Shown here one piece after another: positions 18,848 through 28,660 of a DNA stretch of 64,000 bases (position 1 is the first letter of the stretch; every line of letters starts with the position of its first letter). The stretch comes from a virus. Both the position numbers and the translations under genes were made by a program. The stretch is taken from the IMG/VR virus record IMGVR_UViG_3300045988_184192; one strand, given 5' to 3'. The notes beneath the pieces are model-generated. The model was not told where the DNA came from, made no database searches, and worked only from the letters and a program-made list of their open reading frames with translations.

Positions 18848-19342
18848 ATGGAAACAAGAGTCATCATCTGCTATGGACCAGAACCACGTTCTGGTAAAAC
18901 AACTTACATTACAGCCAATAAATCTGAACATGATTTGACAGCCACTGTCATCAATCATGAGTTAAAATTAGACACTTCATTTATTGAAGCCACATGTAAA
19001 GCATTTCATGATGCAAATAATCGATATTGTCCATATTATAAAGAAGTTACAAGTCCTGACAATCAAAAATATGTTGTTCTTGATGGTGCCATTAAAAATT
19101 CATTCAAACTATCAAAATATGATGACGTATTATATCAAGAGAATTTTGCAATCGTTTTGAAGAAAACTCGCTATTTCAAAACACAAAAATTCAACGAAAC
19201 TTTGAAACGAGTACCAGTTAAGAAACTGTTTGTTGAGGTGAATAACCAAGAGAATTTAAATCTCTTAACCCAATATTTTAATAAACATAACCTTAAATAT
19301 ATGGTCCAACAATTCACACATGATCCAAATTTTCAAAAATAA
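18848..19342 (+). CDS. hypothetical protein with a deviant P-loop-like motif
   Basis: YGPEPRSGKTTY resembles a Walker A motif but has one extra residue. Function not assignable. Confidence 0.3.
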   Translation: METRVIICYGPEPRSGKTTYITANKSEHDLTATVINHELKLDTSFIEATCKAFHDANNRYCPYYKEVTSPDNQKYVVLDGAIKNSFKLSKYDDVLYQENFAIVLKKTRYFKTQKFNETLKRVPVKKLFVEVNNQENLNLLTQYFNKHNLKYMVQQFTHDPNFQK

Positions 19343-19360
19343 AAGAAAGGATTTCCATAT

Positions 19361-20014
19361 ATGAAACAAGAACTCACATGGAATGACACTAAAAATATTC
19401 CATTATCTAAGTCAATTTATGAGTCAGATACTCTATTTGATTTGCTTCATAAATTAAAAGCATTCCCATTGACTAAAAATAATGAACTGCTAAATGCTGC
19501 TGATAAATATCTTATTGATATCTGGTTGACTCAATTGGATCACGAACCTATCTTTAAAAATGAAACGTCTGATTGGAAAAATGTACTATTAGATAAAATT
19601 GACACTGAAATTTCAGACATCATTGAAACGAAAGATTCAGATTATGGAAATGCATCTGTTGAATACATTAATGAAAACAGAGTTTACATCACTGAAACTA
19701 AAGATCGTTTTGATGAAATTGACACCATTGTTATGACGATGGAAGCTCCAAATCATGCAACTGTTACTGGTGAAATAAAATTACCAGATTTGTTTGACGA
19801 AAATGATCAACCATTGTACCCTACAATCTATGATTATATTAATACTGTTTCAAATTTAGCTTATAATGAATTGAAAGATGTTGCTTACAATTTTGATGCT
19901 GAAGTTGAATTTGATGCAATCTGGTCAGAATCATTTGGTAGACATAATGGTTTTACAGCATTTGAATTCGCAACGATGCTGAAAGAAGATGAAGAATTTT
20001 TTCATGGTTGGTGA
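19361..20014 (+). CDS. hypothetical acidic protein
   Basis: Canonical RBS AAAGAAAGGATTTCC. Confidence 0.5.
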   Translation: MKQELTWNDTKNIPLSKSIYESDTLFDLLHKLKAFPLTKNNELLNAADKYLIDIWLTQLDHEPIFKNETSDWKNVLLDKIDTEISDIIETKDSDYGNASVEYINENRVYITETKDRFDEIDTIVMTMEAPNHATVTGEIKLPDLFDENDQPLYPTIYDYINTVSNLAYNELKDVAYNFDAEVEFDAIWSESFGRHNGFTAFEFATMLKEDEEFFHGW

Positions 20015-20028
20015 GGTGATAGTGCAAA

Positions 20029-20694
20029 ATGGCTTTAAAGAATGCTCAATTTTATGAACCAACATCTCACTTTCTAGAACGATTAGAAGAACGTTATGAT
20101 GTTCCAATGACTGATTGGCGTAAATTTATGGTAAAAGTTTACAGTAGTTTAGAAAAGAATGATGCTAAAACAATTAGTGAACAAAAAGCCAATCGTAGTT
20201 GTTGGCGATCAAAGAAACTTAATCTAGAAGTCATTGTGGATGAAAAGAAACTACGACTTATTACCATTTATCCATTAAAACAAACTGTTCCAAAAACTAA
20301 AAATCCTTTGATGAATAATCTTGGCGAATTAATTGTAGACACAGGTACATCTGTAGTAGACTTATCAATTGATGATAGCCCAGAACCATTGAAACTCATG
20401 TCACCTTATAATTCTGAAGCCTTTAGTGATGAATCTATGGATACCTTGGAAGATTTTGCACAACACCTCATCAATGAGAAGAATAATTTCATTGCTCGTA
20501 GCCACTATAAATATTCACAAAAAGTGTTACAGGAAAGTGACGAATTATTCCAAGAATTATTCGATATCTATCCAAAAGTGATTTCAGGAGCAGCTACAAA
20601 AGTAAATCAAGATGCCATGACACAACTCAAAGAAATCAAGAAAGATTTAGTACGGGTCTTAAATGTTCTTGACTTACCCTCAGAATACCTATAA
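20029..20694 (+). CDS. hypothetical protein
   Basis: ORF with GAGG SD. Confidence 0.5.
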   Translation: MALKNAQFYEPTSHFLERLEERYDVPMTDWRKFMVKVYSSLEKNDAKTISEQKANRSCWRSKKLNLEVIVDEKKLRLITIYPLKQTVPKTKNPLMNNLGELIVDTGTSVVDLSIDDSPEPLKLMSPYNSEAFSDESMDTLEDFAQHLINEKNNFIARSHYKYSQKVLQESDELFQELFDIYPKVISGAATKVNQDAMTQLKEIKKDLVRVLNVLDLPSEYL

Positions 20695-20712
20695 TATAAA
20701 GGAGCGTAAAAC

Positions 20713-21393
20713 ATGAATTTAGTATTCGAATTAAAAAACAATTTCACTGATGAAACAGCTATCTTTTCATTAGATGATTTAGTCAATAATGATTTTGAAA
20801 CCGTTATTGAACCATTACCAGATTTCACATCACCATCACCATGTTTATCAAATAAACTGCTAGACTTTGTTACAAAAGGTTCTGATGTTGATCCTGAAGA
20901 ATTGGATGATGTCCGTCACATGGATCTTTTTTATACAGATGATGTGCTCAACATTGAAATTGTTGAATTTGTTAGGGTTGTGAACAATGAACAGACAATC
21001 ACTAATGAACAAGATGAAAGATATGCCTTGGAATTGATTAACACACTCAATAAATATACTAATCAATTCATAGGTAATATGTATGCCTTTGAACTTCTTA
21101 CTCAAATTGCTAAAAATGAAGATGATGCGACAGCTTACTATGATCAATTAGATTATATTCATGATGACCTAGATTGTGAAAAATGGATGGAATTCAATGA
21201 TGAATTTTTTGAAAATTATTTTGCAAATAATCCATTGGGTGCAGCTAAAGCAACCTATTTTGGTAAAATTTATAGTTGGAATGACACCTATGTAACATTC
21301 GATGGTTATGAAAATCTTAAAACAACGGATGAAATTCCATATCAAGATGAATTTTCTGAGATTGTAGACTGTTGGTTGGAAGAAAAACTATAG
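20713..21393 (+). CDS. hypothetical acidic protein
   Basis: ORF with AAAGGAG SD. Confidence 0.5.
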   Translation: MNLVFELKNNFTDETAIFSLDDLVNNDFETVIEPLPDFTSPSPCLSNKLLDFVTKGSDVDPEELDDVRHMDLFYTDDVLNIEIVEFVRVVNNEQTITNEQDERYALELINTLNKYTNQFIGNMYAFELLTQIAKNEDDATAYYDQLDYIHDDLDCEKWMEFNDEFFENYFANNPLGAAKATYFGKIYSWNDTYVTFDGYENLKTTDEIPYQDEFSEIVDCWLEEKL

Positions 21394-21410
21394 AGAATAG
21401 GTACTATTAT

Positions 21411-21614
21411 ATGAATGAACAAAATACTCACTATTGGGGCCGTGTTGGAATATCATTTTCCAATACCATTCCTGTTTCAGAACTTGTTGACTTAGAAGAT
21501 CACCCTGAAAAAGTAATGCAATGGTTAAAAGATGGTTTAGCTGAAATTGATGGCGAAACCTATTTCCCTGAAGAATATGAGCCAAATCAACCTATCATTG
21601 ACTATTTCAGCTAA
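21411..21614 (+). CDS. hypothetical small protein
   Basis: ATG at 21411. The ORF track's TTG start at 21372 overlaps the previous gene. Confidence 0.4.
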   Translation: MNEQNTHYWGRVGISFSNTIPVSELVDLEDHPEKVMQWLKDGLAEIDGETYFPEEYEPNQPIIDYFS

Positions 21615-21659
21615 GTTAATGTAATCCTAAATTTCAAAGAATATAACTAGGAGTTATCA

Positions 21660-22187
21660 ATGACTACTACAATTACACCCCTAACACAAGCTGAATCAGA
21701 ATTTCTGAACATGCTTGTGGAACATATTATTAAAACGAAGTATCGTTCACAAAAAGGTAAACGTGATAAAATTAGATGGTCCGTTTACCAGACCTTGAGA
21801 GAACTGGCAAACAGCAAGGACTATTATGTGCAAGATACTCAAAACAGGTTAAATTACCTGTTTAAAACAAAAGAAGACGCAATCGTCCTCTGGTTCATGA
21901 CTGGTTTCACCAATCAAGAACTTGAACTGGATATTCCCCTACATGGTACTAATTTAACATTAAGTATGAATATTACTATTACGTTAAATCCAAATGATGA
22001 TGCAAAACACATCATCAGTGCTGCTTATGTAGATGATGAAGCAAATTATGCAGAAGCCTTTCATGTAGACCAATTTGGTGAAGATGACTATGTGAAAGCT
22101 TATCTCTGGGATGATTCAGATGATCAAGATTACGCTACAAAATTCACTCACAATCTTAAAAAGATTGCCAAACAACTTAAGGAATAA
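21660..22187 (+). CDS. hypothetical protein
   Basis: ORF with AGGAG SD. Confidence 0.5.
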   Translation: MTTTITPLTQAESEFLNMLVEHIIKTKYRSQKGKRDKIRWSVYQTLRELANSKDYYVQDTQNRLNYLFKTKEDAIVLWFMTGFTNQELELDIPLHGTNLTLSMNITITLNPNDDAKHIISAAYVDDEANYAEAFHVDQFGEDDYVKAYLWDDSDDQDYATKFTHNLKKIAKQLKE

Positions 22188-22196
22188 GGTAAACAA

Positions 22197-22907
22197 ATGT
22201 CTTATTTTTGCAACATGGCTTTCAGAAATGATATTGACAATTTAGATAAATTTCTAAAATTGATTCAGACAGTACAAGATAGTGCAACATTTGAAGAATG
22301 GTATCAAACAAACAAGGATCAAATTGAATATGAAGTTAAATACCATAAAACAGGTATGCGTGATGTTGACATCAAACCTCACGAAATTCATAATATTTTC
22401 TATGAATTGTATAAGTGTCAACCCATCAACCTTTATTATTGGTCAAACTATAATATGATTGGAGTAGTTGATAATGGTAATAATCAAGCCTTGTCTGAAC
22501 TATTTAGTTATCATTTCATTTTTCAAAATAGTACTGATACAGATGTATCATGGAACAATTATCTTCATTTTCCACCATCATTACTCAAGAAATTGACAAA
22601 TGTTAACAATGAAGATGTCATCCAAAAATTTGAATTAACTGATGATGATTTTACAGACCCCATTTTTACTAATAAAAATGAAATGATGGCTTATTATCAA
22701 CGTTGCTATCGTTATGAACAATTGTTAGAAGAACTTGACCTATTGAATACACTTGGTATATCTTCTAGATCAAATCCAGATGTTGAAAAACCACAATATA
22801 TTCAGTTAAATATTGGTAAAAGTATTTATGATGACCAACATACCATGGAACAAGTTAAGATTTATTCTGAACGATTAGCTGAAAAATTGAATTTAACTAT
22901 CAAATAA
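22197..22907 (+). CDS. hypothetical protein
   Basis: ORF with AAGGAATAAGG SD. Confidence 0.5.
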   Translation: MSYFCNMAFRNDIDNLDKFLKLIQTVQDSATFEEWYQTNKDQIEYEVKYHKTGMRDVDIKPHEIHNIFYELYKCQPINLYYWSNYNMIGVVDNGNNQALSELFSYHFIFQNSTDTDVSWNNYLHFPPSLLKKLTNVNNEDVIQKFELTDDDFTDPIFTNKNEMMAYYQRCYRYEQLLEELDLLNTLGISSRSNPDVEKPQYIQLNIGKSIYDDQHTMEQVKIYSERLAEKLNLTIK

Positions 22908-23018
22908 TTTGAAAGGTGAAAATATTATCCAATTTTTACAGTTAAGACTTGCTCATCACCATTATTTTTGGTAAGATTAGTGATGTAAGATTTCATTTAG
23001 AAAGGTTTTAGGTATCCT

Positions 23019-23321
23019 ATGCTTAAAAAATTTATCATCACATCACTACTTTCCACATCTATGTTACTCCCAACCATTTCAACAGTTGCTGCTGATTCCT
23101 GGACAAATCCAGTTGTAGCACCTGAAGATTCCATGGTTATGACAAAACCTGGTCATGTTGATTATATTACTAGCAAACAAAACCAAGTGAAGACCATCAA
23201 AGGTTGGAACGATAATCAAACTTATTATGGTTATGTAGATGAGAATGGTTACTGGAACTATTATCAAGATACATATGGTTATTATATGTATCTCTATAAT
23301 GGCTACTACTATTATTACTAA
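23019..23321 (+). CDS. small secreted Tyr-rich protein with a poly-Tyr C-terminus
   Basis: Signal peptide MLKKFIITSLLSTSMLLPTISTVAA. C-terminal GYYMYLYNGYYYYY. Canonical RBS. Confidence 0.5.
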   Translation: MLKKFIITSLLSTSMLLPTISTVAADSWTNPVVAPEDSMVMTKPGHVDYITSKQNQVKTIKGWNDNQTYYGYVDENGYWNYYQDTYGYYMYLYNGYYYYY

Positions 23322-23326
23322 AAACT

Positions 23327-23358
23327 AAAAGTTGGTTCACAAGAATCAACTTTTATTT
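23327..23358 (+). terminator. rho-independent terminator
   Basis: AAAAGTTGgttcacaagaatCAACTTTT followed by ATTTTA. Confidence 0.55.
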
Positions 23359-23447
23359 TATGAAATAGAAAGGATTCTCTTATGAATGGAAACTATATGG
23401 TCTACCTTATTCAAGTCTATCAAAAATGGGAAGATGTGGTGTAATAT

Positions 23448-23843
23448 ATGATGCCATTTACACCTAAACTACCCCAACAATTAAAATTGGAACCATGTTA
23501 TAAATTACTCCACTCAACACCCATGCCTGATATGACTGAAGATTTAGAAGACGTTCATAATCAAGAAACTGAAGAAATTCTAGATCAAATTGCAGCCTTA
23601 TTAGAAAATCGTGCTCATAAGAGCATCATATCTTATCTTTTATATCAAAACCGTGCCTATAAAGGTATCTATGAAACATCTGATATCTTTAGAGAACTGG
23701 AACGATTTGACAATTACAATAATGTAGACATTTTCAAATTTGTAAAAAATGATCATACTCTTGTATTTGCATTTCGTATCTATGGTCAAGGCACTCGTAT
23801 CACAGAAGTATTATTACCTATTAATTTACGAAAGGACCTTTAA
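23448..23843 (+). CDS. hypothetical protein
   Basis: ORF. A 20-codon upstream ORF (23382-23444) with a canonical RBS overlaps its start. Confidence 0.45.
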   Translation: MMPFTPKLPQQLKLEPCYKLLHSTPMPDMTEDLEDVHNQETEEILDQIAALLENRAHKSIISYLLYQNRAYKGIYETSDIFRELERFDNYNNVDIFKFVKNDHTLVFAFRIYGQGTRITEVLLPINLRKDL

Positions 23844-23844
23844 T

Positions 23845-24285
23845 ATGTCACTACATGAACAACAATTATTAGAATTTAATGATGCTAAGACTAGAGTAAA
23901 TTTCCGAGCATCAAAATTTGAAGACGGTGTTAAGGATTATATTGAAAAATATAGAACATTAGTACCAGAGCAATCACCAGTAAAAGGTTATATTGATTTT
24001 GTACTAGACCTATTTGATGACAATCCACAGTTAGTTGATGTTGAAATTCTGAACTATTTATCAGATTTAATCACAGATGATGTTGTAAGTATCCAATTTG
24101 GGCAACCTGTATCTAAACAAGTATTAGACAACTACTTTACAGATGATGATGGAAATATTGAAATTTTAAACCTATTGATTCCAGATTATACAAATGCTAA
24201 TTTCAAACACCATTTGTTAGATTTGAAAATTCATCCAGAAACCTTAGTTTTGGAAGAAGTTATCGTCAATACATTTATTGATTAG
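23845..24285 (+). CDS. hypothetical protein
   Basis: ATG at 23845 preceded by CGAAAGGACCTTTAAT (the ORF track started upstream at an alternative codon). Confidence 0.5.
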   Translation: MSLHEQQLLEFNDAKTRVNFRASKFEDGVKDYIEKYRTLVPEQSPVKGYIDFVLDLFDDNPQLVDVEILNYLSDLITDDVVSIQFGQPVSKQVLDNYFTDDDGNIEILNLLIPDYTNANFKHHLLDLKIHPETLVLEEVIVNTFID

Positions 24286-24297
24286 GAGTGTTATTGT

Positions 24298-25047
24298 ATG
24301 TCAAAAGACACAACTATTCTCAAATCTATTCAAATCAAATGGATTAGTTTCCTAGAGCAGCGTGGTGTTAAGACTAAATCAAAATGGTATGAACCAAGTG
24401 TTGATGTAACCACCCCTGAATATTTACCATTAGCAATCCAATTCTATCATACCTTATTTGACCACGAAAAAGTTGTTATCAAGGCTGAACGATTGGAAAT
24501 GTCCAGATATTTTACCAGATTTAATCAATATGGAGATTTAGATTTCATGTCTTTGATTTATAAATATAATGACTTAATTACAGAATCTACTATTGATGAA
24601 GAACCTGAATCAGAGTCTATTGTCAAGCCAACTGTTGATATTTCAACATTGATAACCCAAAAAGAACCAAAATCTTATAATCTGTTTAAGTTACTTGTTG
24701 AAAAAGATGATCTCCCAAATCCACAGAATCCAATTCATACAAGCCCAACACCATACACAATGGCACATTACATGTGTTATCAAAACCCTAGTATTTATGC
24801 AATGTTATATGACCTCGAACCTCAGTCAAAAGATGAATGGTTCAAAGATCTTCAAAAAGAATTTGGTGAAAATCCTGATGCAAACGTTAGTCATCAAACA
24901 CGTCTTTCAAAAGATGGATTTACTCAAACCATTCTCCACATTGATAACGAACGTCATACTTTACAATTATCTCAAGTATTTGGTCATACAGAAGTTATCT
25001 ATTTTGTAACACCAACTAAAACAATGGACGATGAATTCTTATTCTAA
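24298..25047 (+). CDS. hypothetical protein
   Basis: ORF with AGGAG SD. Confidence 0.5.
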   Translation: MSKDTTILKSIQIKWISFLEQRGVKTKSKWYEPSVDVTTPEYLPLAIQFYHTLFDHEKVVIKAERLEMSRYFTRFNQYGDLDFMSLIYKYNDLITESTIDEEPESESIVKPTVDISTLITQKEPKSYNLFKLLVEKDDLPNPQNPIHTSPTPYTMAHYMCYQNPSIYAMLYDLEPQSKDEWFKDLQKEFGENPDANVSHQTRLSKDGFTQTILHIDNERHTLQLSQVFGHTEVIYFVTPTKTMDDEFLF

Positions 25048-25110
25048 ACTTAACATCGTTATCAATATTTTCTTTTACTATTACTTAAACATTGAAAGGA
25101 TTATTACATT

Positions 25111-25470
25111 ATGGAAGTAAAAACCATTCAAGAATTTTTAGGCACTATCAATGGTGTTGAATTCAAATCATATAAACTATTTCAGTCAATGGAATATATT
25201 CTACAACGTATTCAATCAGAATTTAAAACATCTGATGATTTAGATGTTTTTACACCAGAATTCATTGAAGATTTTTCAGATGCTATTGAAGATGTCTACT
25301 TTGGATCTGAATTATCATACGAAAACATTGAAGAAGAATTGGAAACCTGTATTGAAGAAGCTGATTCATTTGAAGACATTCACTTTGAAATTTATGGATT
25401 GGAATCAGACTTTGAATACATTAATGAAGTTTTTGAAACAAACCCATCCAAATATGTAACTCAACAGTAG
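25111..25470 (+). CDS. hypothetical very acidic protein
   Basis: Canonical RBS ATTGAAAGGATTATTACATT-ATG. E/D-rich. Confidence 0.5.
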   Translation: MEVKTIQEFLGTINGVEFKSYKLFQSMEYILQRIQSEFKTSDDLDVFTPEFIEDFSDAIEDVYFGSELSYENIEEELETCIEEADSFEDIHFEIYGLESDFEYINEVFETNPSKYVTQQ

Positions 25471-25577
25471 AGAACCACTATCATTTGTTAGTTAAGTCCG
25501 TTATAATGGAAACCATACTATATTTCTGTTATAATGGACTTAACCATTTTTATTATTTGAAAGGAATGTTTACCAAT

Positions 25578-25949
25578 ATGAACAAACAACCTAAATACAC
25601 TAAACATGATTTCCATGTTGGTCAAGAAGTTTATGTTGAAACCATTTATGGTCGTGGTGAGGGCAATATTCGCACAGAGATTGTTGAAAAAGTTGGACAC
25701 AAATATGTCACAACAAATCGTGATAGTTACCATTTATCAGATGGACATAACAAATCAGAATATGCTCAATGTTATGAACTTTGGATAAATCTTGATGAAG
25801 TTAGTGACAAAGTATTACATGATCAACTAGCTAAAGAAATCAAAAATATTTTTTCAACATTTTCAAATTCTTGGGCAAATCAACTAACTATCAATGATAT
25901 GGAAGCTATTCTTGATATTGTACGAAAAGCTGAAGTACATAATAAATAA
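25578..25949 (+). CDS. hypothetical protein
   Basis: ATG at 25578 preceded by TTTGAAAGGAATG. Confidence 0.5.
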   Translation: MNKQPKYTKHDFHVGQEVYVETIYGRGEGNIRTEIVEKVGHKYVTTNRDSYHLSDGHNKSEYAQCYELWINLDEVSDKVLHDQLAKEIKNIFSTFSNSWANQLTINDMEAILDIVRKAEVHNK

Positions 25950-25966
25950 TGTGAGGTGAAACCAAT

Positions 25967-26530
25967 ATGTCATTAGAACAATTCAAAGATACAGACGTGA
26001 CAAAAATGTCCAAGGAACAACTATTTCTCTACCAAAAGACCCTTGAAGATGAACTAAATAAGGTATATCATCAAAATAATAGTTTAAAAGCAACAAACTT
26101 AACACGTGAATATCTTGTTGAGAAAATTACAACCTTAAACTCAGATAATTTTACCATTGAGGAACCATCTGATTTTGATTTTGAAAAATTGATTGAAGAT
26201 GGCTACTTTTATGTAAAATTCTATCGGTATCTTAATCACACATCTACCCAATCAATTAAGGGTTACCTAAAAATCGTTGGTGCAAAAGACCCATGTGGTG
26301 TAATTACTGATATTACAACAGACAAATTACTGATTGAAATGAAAAAACAATTGGTTATACATAATCCAAAACGTCTTGTGACTCAAAGCAGATCAAATAG
26401 AGACTATAATACACTGGATCAACCCACACTTGTTTTGGAAACCGCCTTGGGTGTTGGTTTCACCAAAGGTAGTATGATAAAGGAAATTGTTGATACGGTT
26501 GTAAATGATACAACCATCACTTATCAATAA
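25967..26530 (+). CDS. hypothetical protein
   Basis: ORF with GAGG SD. Confidence 0.5.
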   Translation: MSLEQFKDTDVTKMSKEQLFLYQKTLEDELNKVYHQNNSLKATNLTREYLVEKITTLNSDNFTIEEPSDFDFEKLIEDGYFYVKFYRYLNHTSTQSIKGYLKIVGAKDPCGVITDITTDKLLIEMKKQLVIHNPKRLVTQSRSNRDYNTLDQPTLVLETALGVGFTKGSMIKEIVDTVVNDTTITYQ

Positions 26531-26675
26531 ACCACCCAAGACCTCATCACCACACATTGTGTGAAAATATCCTAAACTCAACATTACTATTATATATAAT
26601 CATGTTATAATACAGATATCACATGATATTTATAAATTTATAAACACTGATTTATATAGAAATGGAACTAAATAT

Positions 26676-27740
26676 ATGATTACAAATTTCATAAATGGTA
26701 CTCAAGTTAGTAATGGTCACATTATTTTAGATTCAGCTGATACATTAGAGCAAAACAACCATCGTGGTTTGCAACACAAAGGGATTGTTAATCTTGATGG
26801 ACACCATGTTTATTTAAAATTAGATGAACTATCTCCTCGTGTGACAGGTGAATGGGAAGACAAATTTGATTACAAATATTCATCTGTCTCTGAGACATTA
26901 GCTTCATTATTTGTCAAAAATTTAAAAGTTGATCCTCAATTTGATTCAGCTATGTATCAATTTAGGACCATTGGTTACAAGAATGCCAATCATACTGGTA
27001 CAGCTTCTGAGATTTATCTTCGTGAAAATGAAATTGAAGAAGTTCTGTCCACTGGTCATACCAACAACAAAGATGCTACACGTATGACACTAAAAGATTA
27101 TGCTAGTAAAATCTATGATACAAATCATCAAGAACGATTTAAGAATCTAATCAACAGTTTTGTTGAATCTGGTGTACCTAAAGATCATGCCAAACATTTT
27201 ATCATTCAGCAAACAGCTTTTGATATGATTCTAGGTAATAAAGACCGTTTAAGTAATCCATCAAATTTTGTGATTGCTTATAATGCTAAAACCAATATCG
27301 CTAGACCTATTAACATTGACTTTGGACGTTGTTTACAATTGGATACATGGTCTGAAACAACTGAAAAAATGCTGACTGAAGACAATGTTTATTATGATGA
27401 AAGTTTAGAAGATTTTACAGAATATACAACTAAGTCAAATGACTCATTACTAGATCATTTGAAGTTTGACAAAGCTAAAGATTTTCTGGATGAACATGGT
27501 TATCAACCATTTGAACTAAATGTACAAGCCTTACATGCTGATGTAACAGATTTTGTCAAACAACTAGAACAATCACGTGCACCATTCATCAACTTTGCTA
27601 AGATGAAAGCTGCTGTTTTTATCAAAACCATTGAAAAACAATTAAACAATGGACTTGTTTTAGATAAATCCAAAGAAATGCAAAGACAAGTTACCAAATC
27701 CAATCAAAAAGCCACACCTCAAATTGACATGGATTTTTAA
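26676..27740 (+). CDS. atypical protein-kinase-fold protein (HipA / PI3-4-kinase-like catalytic motifs)
   Basis: ILGNKDRLSNPSNF resembles the LIGN-x-D-x-H-x-K-N catalytic loop of HipA-family kinases and the GDRH-x-x-N loop of PI3/4-kinases. It is followed about 25 residues later by NIDFG (DFG-like metal-binding motif). Confidence 0.4.
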   Translation: MITNFINGTQVSNGHIILDSADTLEQNNHRGLQHKGIVNLDGHHVYLKLDELSPRVTGEWEDKFDYKYSSVSETLASLFVKNLKVDPQFDSAMYQFRTIGYKNANHTGTASEIYLRENEIEEVLSTGHTNNKDATRMTLKDYASKIYDTNHQERFKNLINSFVESGVPKDHAKHFIIQQTAFDMILGNKDRLSNPSNFVIAYNAKTNIARPINIDFGRCLQLDTWSETTEKMLTEDNVYYDESLEDFTEYTTKSNDSLLDHLKFDKAKDFLDEHGYQPFELNVQALHADVTDFVKQLEQSRAPFINFAKMKAAVFIKTIEKQLNNGLVLDKSKEMQRQVTKSNQKATPQIDMDF

Positions 27741-27843
27741 CTGAGGTATAATAAATTGTGGTAATAAAAATATTCAATTATATATCCAATAATTTCACAA
27801 TCTATAAATTGCAATAAAACTCACCTGAAAGGAATAGGTGTTT

Positions 27844-28170
27844 ATGACAAACAAAGAACTCCTAACATTCATGGCATCCACAACACCAATCTCTAAGATT
27901 GTTGTTGATCACCAGACTAAATCAACTGACTTTATTTATGTTAATGAACGTGCCTTTTCACCAATTTTGAAAAAGCCTGAGCGTCATTATCAAGGACTTG
28001 AGTCTTGTCTTCAATATCTTTTGCAAAGTCGAAAGACCTTACAAGAACTGCTCCCTGATGTTATAATGTATAATTTCCATGTTGGAAGTCAATATAACCT
28101 CAAGGCTAAAGTTGAAGATTATACTCCTAGTCTTCATCAACAAACAACCATTAGAACACCTGAAGTATAA
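27844..28170 (+). CDS. hypothetical protein
   Basis: ATG at 27844 preceded by CTGAAAGGAATAGG. Confidence 0.5.
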   Translation: MTNKELLTFMASTTPISKIVVDHQTKSTDFIYVNERAFSPILKKPERHYQGLESCLQYLLQSRKTLQELLPDVIMYNFHVGSQYNLKAKVEDYTPSLHQQTTIRTPEV

Positions 28171-28175
28171 TAGTA

Positions 28176-28212
28176 AAATAAGACCTATCTTATGATAGGT
28201 CTTATTATTTTA
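28176..28212 (+). terminator. rho-independent terminator
   Basis: AATAAGACCTATC-ttat-GATAGGTCTTATT followed by ATTTTAT. Confidence 0.6.
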
Positions 28213-28243
28213 TCAAAGTTAATAAAAATAACTCTTACAACAT

Positions 28244-28271
28244 TGACACATTTTGTAAACCTTGGTAAAAT
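28244..28271 (+). promoter_or_regulatory. sigma-A promoter (TTGACA-16-TAAAAT)
   Basis: TTGACA at 28244-28249 and TAAAAT at 28266-28271. Confidence 0.45.
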
Positions 28272-28307
28272 AGAAGAAGATACAGTTAGATTAGAAAGGG
28301 TGCACAA

Positions 28308-28607
28308 ATGTCACAAAATGCTAAACGTAATTTAAATAACAAACTAACTTTTCTTCTAAAATCAAATATTTACGACGCAGCAAATGTGGAAAAAGTTGCA
28401 CGTCAGTTAGAGTTACAACTTCATTACCTGATTCTCAACAAATCTCCACACGCTTCTGTCTATGAAGACATGTTAGAAGTGATTGAAAAGCTTAAATTTA
28501 TCGCCCACAGTGCTCACATTGTAGGAATCAAGCGCTACCAAAACTTGATCCCACAATTTGAAGAATACCAATCTAAACTCAACATTATTTATAATGAACA
28601 TTTATAA
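28308..28607 (+). CDS. hypothetical protein
   Basis: Canonical RBS TTAGAAAGGGTGCACAA-ATG. Confidence 0.5.
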   Translation: MSQNAKRNLNNKLTFLLKSNIYDAANVEKVARQLELQLHYLILNKSPHASVYEDMLEVIEKLKFIAHSAHIVGIKRYQNLIPQFEEYQSKLNIIYNEHL

Positions 28608-28660
28608 TAGTAACAAATTTTACATTATTATGAAAAATTAACCAAAAGGATTTCAAAAAC

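Noticed and set aside
24695-25788. Alternative-frame ORFs 24695-25009, 25244-25459, 25518-25733 (-) and 25606-25788
   Set aside because: They overlap better-supported genes that have canonical RBSs. AT-rich DNA gives long, stop-poor frames by chance.
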